Assembly: GCA_951406725.2 (NCBI GenBank)
Contig: OX597815.1
Location: 18,476,001 to 18,540,000, forward strand
Length of the DNA: 64,000 bases
Direction: 5' to 3'
Origin: Octopus vulgaris
Lineage: Eukaryota
The translations under genes were made by a program, and so were the position numbers. The notes under the pieces are model-generated. The model saw only the letters and a list, made by a program, of their open reading frames with translations. It was not told where the DNA came from and did no database searches. Positions 56,550 through 64,000 of the stretch are shown here, one piece after another (position 1 is the first letter of the stretch; each line of letters opens with the position of its first letter).

Positions 56550-56587
56550 TATATATATAAATATATACACACACACACATATATACA

Positions 56588-57147
56588 CAGGGGTAACAAC
56601 AGTAACCGGAAACATTTTCTGTAGGACAAGCCCGTTGTGTTTCAGGCAAACATTTAATATTCTTTAGGGATGTTTACAATATCACCACTTTAACCCCCAT
56701 GGGTTTATGCAGGATTGCACCCTTATTTCTACAAGATCAGAATGTTGAACTGTGAACTTTTATGCTTCTTTTCTCTTCTCTTTCCTCATCACCTTAATCC
56801 TTTACTCCTGTACTATATGTCATCATTTCATTAATCTATACCCTTCTCATTTTTCCTATTTGTCTCTGATGACGGAATATTCCATACTCTGGGATATCCC
56901 AGAAACAGCTGTAAGACTGATTTTTTTCCCCAATATTAATAAAATATATGACTTGAGATGTTTACCTTGCCGTAACATTTGTTGTTCTCTTTAACAATTT
57001 TATATCCGCTATATCGGAAGTCTGCAATGGCTCCATAACTACCGTCTCGGCTGTAACCTCGGAGCCCTAGTAATCCGTTACAGTACTTACCTAGCATATC
57101 TTATCTTTTATTAGATCACCTGTGAAATAAACCCCCATATTTTGGTT
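56588..57147 (+). mobile_element. PLE pseudo-LTR-like fragment ending in (TA)n
   Basis: Pyrimidine-rich stretch, then a hammerhead, then a tail into (TA)n. Confidence 0.65.
56862..56917 (+). ncRNA. Type-I hammerhead ribozyme, PLE-type
   Basis: GTCT-CTGATGA-CGGAATATTCC atactct GGGATATCCCA-GAAAC-AGCT-GTA-AGAC: intact core, 4-bp stem I, long stem II (closing C.A mismatch), palindromic AGCT loop III, GUA site. Confidence 0.8.
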
Positions 57148-57188
57148 ATATATATATATATATATATATATACAGATACATACATACG

Positions 57189-57425
57189 AAAAATGACCAT
57201 CCCGAAATACAGCGGCATATGTATATATTGTTGTATTTAGGGATGGTAATTTTTTCCTTTACCAGATAAACACACGCACTATGTATTCGTTCTTTACTCG
57301 TTTATCACTGTTCTTATTCTGACTCATGTCCAGAGTTAGATTAAGAACAGTAATATACAAGTGAAGAACAAATATATAGTGCGTGTATTTATTTGGCAAA
57401 CAAATTACCGTCCCAAAATATAATA
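57189..57425. repeat. Nested fold-back repeats (small hairpin 57189-57254 overlapping a ~95-bp-arm hairpin 57227-57425)
   Basis: Terminal motif AAAAT(G/T)ACC(A/G)TCCC(G/T/A)AAATA occurs three times in alternating orientation. Confidence 0.85.
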
Positions 57426-57482
57426 ATATCTATTTCAACACACAAATTTACACATACACATACACACACATACACCCATATA

Positions 57483-57713
57483 TATTTCTTTACTGCCCAC
57501 AAGGAGCTAAACATAGAAAGGACGAACAAGGACAGACAAAGGGATTAAGTCGATTACATTGACCCCAGTGCTGAACTGGTACTTCATTTATAGACCCCGA
57601 AAGGATGAAAGTCAAAGTCGACCTCGGCGGAATTTGAACTCAGAACGTAACGACAGACGAAATACCGCTAAGTATTTCGCCCGGCGCGCTAACGTTTCTG
57701 CCAGCTTGCCGCC
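57483..57713 (-). mobile_element. SINE family A
   Basis: Full-length reverse-complement copy. Confidence 0.92.
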
Positions 57714-57716
57714 TAA

Positions 57717-57808
<92 letters not shown>

Positions 57809-58406
57809 TTGAGAATGTGTGAAATATGTTTCAGTGAGAATTCATGGATATTTATAATATACCGATCGTATATTATAAATAGTACAGCTTTTCTCCTCCT
57901 AGAATCTAAAAGAAAGTGATACAGAATTTTCTGGTTGTTCCGAAGCATTGAGGTAATTGTTAAATCTATACGGCAATTTTACAACAAATTGAATAGACAT
58001 TACTCATACAGCACATTGTAGTGATTCATTCTTTTACTCACAAAAATATTTTTTTACATTTAAAAGACTGACATGTTAAAAGTTAGGACATTACCGAAAA
58101 GTAAGTGGCAATCAAATTTGTTTCCATCTCTACGCACAGTACAAAAGATGCAGAAGTAATCGTCTAGAATGGAGTTGTATGTGATCCAGGAATTTTGGTC
58201 ACAGCAATGGCTATCGCATCTACGTCTCGAAATCTGAGCTCATTGAGTAAGCGACCTTGTTTCAAACCTGATCCAAGACCTAACTCTGAATGATACCGTC
58301 TGTATTGGGAATACTATAGGGAGACGTTACTCAGTTTCATCATTAAGAAGAGCGGGTTGACTGCATCTTATCTATTGTATGTATTCCTTAAAAGACCCTT
58401 ACAATA

Positions 58407-58638
58407 TGTTTCTTTATTACCCACAAGGGGCTAAACATAGAGGGGACAAACAAGGACAGACAAACGGATTAAGTCGATTACATCGACCCCACTGCGTAAC
58501 TGGTACTTAATTTTATCGACCCCTAAAGGATGAAAGGCAAAGTCGACCTCGGCGGAATTTGAACTCAGAACGTAACGGCAGACGAAATACGGCTACGCAT
58601 TTCACCCGGCGTGCTAACGGTTCTGCCAGCACGCCGCC
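58407..58638 (-). mobile_element. SINE family A with TSD
   Basis: CCCTTACAATA at 58396-58406 and 58645-58655. Confidence 0.92.
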
Positions 58639-60984
58639 TTAAGGCCCTTACAATAGATACTCATTTCTCGGAGTATGATAACACTTCTTGGGAAATTCTC
58701 CGAAGTGCATTAAAATATCTGCTGAGGTTTTTATCAAGAACCTGTCTTCGGGTGTTATAGAGGCGAATTTCTCAAATTCTTGTCTGAAAAAGGAAGAGAA
58801 GGAGGAGAAAACGATGAAGAATGTCATTCATGGAGGAAATCTCTCTCTCTCTCACTACTTCTGCCTACCTTAAGTATTTGTTTAATTTATTTCACGTTTT
58901 CTCTTATTTAGATATTTTTCACATCTTTTATAATTAGGTGAATTATCCTTCTTCTTTTCAATAATTTCTCTGAAAGTACTTTATATTTCTTTTTTCCTGT
59001 TGGAGTGCTACGTACCGTTTTCTTCAATTAGTGACTGAATCAACTTATTACATCTCTATCTTCATACATTCTTTCTGACATTTTGACCCACCTGTAAACG
59101 GAATTAAATTGGCGCTGTCGATCATCTATTAAAGATCTCGTGTTTATAACCTGCAGAACATTTAATACTGAACTGAATTGGGAGACTATTAGTTTCCAAA
59201 GTCAATCTCAAATTTACAACTAATAGAATTATTCTAAAGCTATGTTATTCCCATTAGGATTATAAACATTATTTCAGACAATTCGCTTCTGATAAGTAAT
59301 CCAACTTCTATATTGTGATGGAATTACGTAATCCTGAAAATAATTACTTGCAAACAAATCTTTACGAAGACGAACTATATGTTGCCAACTCTGATTTATG
59401 GGTTTTCTTTCTTTTTTAGTGACGAGTTCAGGGTGTGTGAATGTGTCTTAGCTTTGAATTCGAAGGCGTCACTTTGAATTGAAGTTTCAATTGATTAATT
59501 TCCTCTGCTTTTATAACTCTGCACGGCGTAAGAAAACTACAACTACTATGCAACTGAAATTTCCAGTGTCTAATTAAAATCAAAGATTGCACGATTACAG
59601 GGTATCTTTAAAATCCCAGCTGATACGTGAATGTTACTAATTAAACTGTAATAGGATTACTCGCTGATTCACTCGCTGTTATCGTAGTTTTGAAGTGATT
59701 GTGATACACTTTCCATCTGGAACTCCGTTTGTAGTATATCGACACATTAGAAGTATTTGTGCATTCACATTTAGATAGGGATTCACTTTTCAAACATGCA
59801 ATGTTCTGGCAATGGTGAAATACACGTTTTTGCATCTATACGCATCTAAGTGGAAAGGAGTGAAAGCCTTTTCTTTTTTCTTTTCTCATGATAATATTAT
59901 TTCGCTCCTATAAAGAAAGTGTTAAATTTGATCCTCCCTTTCGAAATTTGACATCAAGCAATCTAGAAAACTCGGTCTGGTATATATAAAAAATTTTAAC
60001 AAAATCCCTGGGAAAATATCTAAAATATTCATTACTGGTAACATGAAGTAGACACTACCGCAGTTGTAAAGCATATTATGTTCATATATATCAACCCCAA
60101 GTAACATACAATGCGCTGCCTTTTCTGATCCTCACATTATTCTCATCTAAATTCTTCATGAAGTGCACTGATCAAAACTTGAAGTATAAAAAGATAGTTT
60201 CGAGATTATTCAATGTTTTCACCATCATAAATCCCCACAGCAATGCTAAATGCAGTGATCGAAGAAAATATATGAGGACTAGCAAATATTCTTTACTCAA
60301 ACAGACAGAGGAGACAATCTACACGTTTCTGCTTATCAAGATTATGCAACGGAAATCTAGCCTTCGCCATTACTTGCTCTGTAGCAACTAAGTTATTCAA
60401 CGTAATGTTCACAAAATATATCAAATGACGCCAGGAACAGATATTAATTGACAATTTAGATAATAATGTTATATAACCCATAACATTTTTTCTTAATTAG
60501 CTCATTTGACCCTACTCTGTTTATTTCTGATGTTGTAAATACTGGATAATTTAATTATCATTTAATCTCATTTCCCGACGCCTTTCGATGTTTTCTTATT
60601 AACAATCTGTTTAGCAAGCTAATTACTACAGTACCAGAGAGCAAACGAGAAGGCTATAATTCCGCTGACGAAGTGTGATAAAGCTCAAACCTTGAAACTT
60701 TTATTATGGTGTTAGTGTTTGGTCAAAGAATACTTTTAACAAAATGTTTCGGAATATTTTTCCCTATGTGTCCAATCAATAGAAACCGCTATTGATAGTA
60801 CTCGGGTCAGAAGGAAAATAAACCCGAAACCACACCAAGTGTCTTTGGTAAAGAGGAAGATTTTCGACCATTCTACAAGGTGGAAAGGTGGAAAGTACGA
60901 ATTATCAAAGATCAAATGAACAAGGAAGAGTGAACCGCTATCCAATATGTTGTCATGTGTATCCAGGAATGTATCTATCTTCAA

Positions 60985-61059
<75 letters not shown>

Positions 61060-61083
61060 ACACACACACAGATATAGACATAT

Positions 61084-61375
61084 ATGCCAATAAAGCAAGT
61101 AGCAAATATAGCAGATGCTAAAAATTATTATCCCGTATCTCTAATTTCACTTGTTAGAAATGTCATGGAACATATTTTCAGGAGAACGCTGATCATGTTC
61201 TTAGAAGATAAAGACTTGCTCCTTGACACCCGGTATGGCTTCCACTCAGGAAGCGCTGCCTCACACAGCTTCTGCAGTATTTTATCTATGCATTGAAAAA
61301 TCTGTTAATCGTTCGAAAGTTGCAAAGGCCTTTGATAACGTTTTTCACGGTATATGTCACAAGCTACGAAAACTC
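61084..61375 (+). pseudogene. CR1/L2-type reverse transcriptase fragment
   Basis: DAKNYYPVSLISLVRNVMEHI..FLEDKDLLLDTRYGF.. then AKAFDNVFH (NYRPISL..QxGF..KAFD motifs). Confidence 0.8.
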
Positions 61376-61476
61376 GCTAATAGTCGCTAATATGACGCAA
61401 ATAAGATAGTTTATTATTTTATCTTATCTTATCTTATCTTATCTACCTTATCTTATGTTATCTACAAAATACTTCA

Positions 61477-61543
61477 GTTCACTGAAGGGATGGGAGTAAT
61501 GTGGGGCACTATAACATCTTGCCTGAAACAGCTGTAAGAAACT
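61477..61543 (+). ncRNA. Decayed hammerhead motif
   Basis: CTGAAGG..GAAAC-AGCT-GTA-AGA shares the loop-III/cleavage cassette of 56862-56917; core A9 is mutated and stem I imperfect. Confidence 0.4.
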
Positions 61544-61627
61544 ATTGTAATTTCTATGTAGAGAGAGAGAAAAAGAGCGAGAGAGAGAGAGAGAGAGAGA
61601 AAGAAAGACAGGAAGAGAGAGGTAGAA

Positions 61628-61660
<33 letters not shown>

Positions 61661-61709
61661 AAGAACGGTTCTGCCGGCTAAAAGGATAATGTTGATTTCG
61701 TCCTATATA

Positions 61710-61940
61710 TATTTCTTTACTACCCACAAGGGGCTAAACATAGAGGGGACAAACAAGGACAGACAAACGGATTAAGCCGATTATATCGACCCCAGTGCGA
61801 AACTGGTACTTTATTTATCGACCCCGAAAGGATGAAAGGCAAAGTCGACCTCGGCGGAATTTGAACTCAGAACGTAACGACAGACGAAATACCGCAAAGC
61901 ATTTCGCCAGGAGTGCTAACGTTTCTGCCAGCTCGCCGCC
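61710..61940 (-). mobile_element. SINE family A with TSD
   Basis: TTTCGTCCTATATAT at 61696-61710 and 61944-61958. Confidence 0.92.
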
Positions 61941-62266
61941 TTTTTTCGTCCTATATATCTGTAATCTTTCCAGCAAAGGTGATAGCCCAGTTGTGGAAAA
62001 TAGGAGCGATGGAAGACTAGTATTTTCCCAGTATCGAACAGCACGAAGTAGGTGCTACTCTTATTAGGGAGTTTCTCAAACCAAGATACTAACCACCTGG
62101 TAGACCACTACGAACGGATGGCCACATGCGGCCTAATGCACACGCGGGCACACACGCGCACTTACACTATCAGACATACACACACACACAGAAACACATA
62201 CTCACTCACGCACACGTATATAACGAAAATAAGATAAATACTGACATGTGTGTACAGCATAAACAA

Positions 62267-62555
62267 GGCGCAGGAGTGGCTGTGTGGTAAGTAGCTTGAT
62301 TACCAACCACATGGTTCCGGGTTCGGTCCCACTGCGTGGCACCTTGGGCAAGTGTCTTCTGCTATAGCCCTGGGCCAACCAATGCCTTGTGAGTGGATTT
62401 GGTAGACGGGAACTGAAAGAAGCCTGTAGTATATATGTATATATATATATATATATATATGTGTGTGGGTGTGTGTGTGTGTCTGTGTTTGTCCCCCTAG
62501 CATTGCTTGACAACATATATATATATATATATATACATACATATACATACATATA

Positions 62556-62613
<58 letters not shown>

Positions 62614-62848
62614 ATATGTATATGTTTGTGTGTCTGTGTTTGTCCCCCCAAAATCACTTGACAACCGATGCTGGTATGCTTACGTCCCCGTCACCTAGCG
62701 GTTCGGCAAAAGAGACCGATAGAATAAGTACTGGGCTTACAAAGAATAAGTCCCGGGGTCGATTTGATCGACTAAAGGCGGTGCTCCAGCATGGCCGCAG
62801 TCAAATGACTGAAACAAGTAAAAGAGTAAAAGAAAAAAAAAGAGTAAA
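62267..62848 (+). mobile_element. SINE family B with internal duplication around the microsatellite
   Basis: The segment TTTGTCCCCC..CTTGACAAC occurs twice, separated by (TA)n. Confidence 0.9.
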
Positions 62849-63126
62849 ATACAGGCATATCGAATATCGTACAACATAAAAATTTGATAATTACATTGTC
62901 TCCAGCTTTTGGTGATGTGTTACAATTAGCAAATGGTATACTCCGTATGAGTAGGAGGAATATTCTCAAAGGTCAAGAATTTTTCAAAGTTGACGTGTCA
63001 TGAAAGAAAAGGACAAGCTTATTGACTGGACAGAAGAGGACAGTTTGGATACGTGTTTCTGCTTCAATAAACACCAACAGCACAGCTAGTGTTCTACCAT
63101 ATTTATAATACACACACACGTACATA

Positions 63127-63202
<76 letters not shown>

Positions 63203-63203
<1 letters not shown>

Positions 63204-63510
63204 GTGGAGGCGCAATAGCCTAGTGGTTAGGGCAGCGGACTCGCGGTCGTAGGATCGCGGTTTCGATTCCCAGACCGGGCGTTGTGAGTGTTTATTGAGC
63301 GAAAACACCTAAAAAGCTCCACGAGGCGCCGGCAGGGGTTGCTGATCCCTGGTGTACTCTTTCACCACACTTTCTCCCACTCTTTCTTCTGTTGGCCTGC
63401 TCGCTTAGCCAGCGGGGTGGCGTCATTCGAAGGCTAAAACAATGCGAACGCATTGTGACCAGCGATGTGTAACAACATCTGATGGTCTGGTCGGTCACGT
63501 GATCACGTGA
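63203..63510 (+). mobile_element. SINE family C in (TA)n
   Basis: Head GTGGAGGCGCAATAGCCTAGTGGTTAGGGCAGCGGACTCGCGG..TTCGATTCCC; tail ..GGTCGGTCACGTGATCACGTGA. Confidence 0.92.
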
Positions 63511-63954
63511 TATATATATATATATATAATTGAAATGGATATATGTCTATTTACATTTTCGATTTGTATTTATTTAGTCTTCTTTTCTTTTATGAATATA
63601 GATTATATATTCGAAAATTGATTTGTTTTGGAGTCGTTCACTATAATGAGTTTGTGATGATGATGCTCTAAATAATGAGGTGTTCTGGGAATCCTACCAG
63701 GTCTTAACTTTATAACTCCCTGGATATAATATCGGTCATATTATCATTAATCTCGACCCATTTATTGCTCTTTGTTGAACGTCTGCCAAGCTGACATCGT
63801 ATTAGTAAATACAAAATTATCATTAACATAAAATTAAGATATAGCATTTCAATTTGTTTATCTGCTTACGTAGGCTCCTTGAATATAGCCGCTTGGTGTA
63901 TTTTAAAATTATTTTTCCTCTTTTTCCATGGATGTCTTCTCTTAGCATCATACG

Positions 63955-63999
<45 letters not shown>

Positions 64000-64000
64000 G

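Overview
Eukaryotic, AT-rich, microsatellite-saturated genomic DNA. The SINE families and the (TA)n/(CA)n/(CTAT)n load look like an octopus (coleoid cephalopod) genome; this is inferred, not verified. There is no intact protein-coding gene. Almost all ORFs in the supplied track are microsatellite or SINE artefacts, and only a possible phase-compatible exon pair at ~3.3-3.9 kb could be host coding sequence. The window is mostly transposon relics: three tRNA-derived SINE families (~17 copies), LINE fragments (R4/Dong-, CR1-, RTE-, Tx1-like), a Helitron helicase 3' end, mariner and Tc1 deletion derivatives, hAT and Merlin-like MITEs with intact 8-bp TSDs, a piggyBac end, and Penelope-like element (PLE) pieces. 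The main hidden signal is RNA structure: about ten hammerhead-ribozyme motifs (intact to decayed), many in short PLE-like units inside (TA)n. They include (i) a tRNA-promoter SINE whose tail is a hammerhead, (ii) a hammerhead inside a perfect 172-bp palindrome, and (iii) at 49377-49466 (-) a candidate hammerhead whose three strands occur in an order matching none of the type I/II/III circular permutations. Several unrelated fold-back hairpins also sit in (TA)n.
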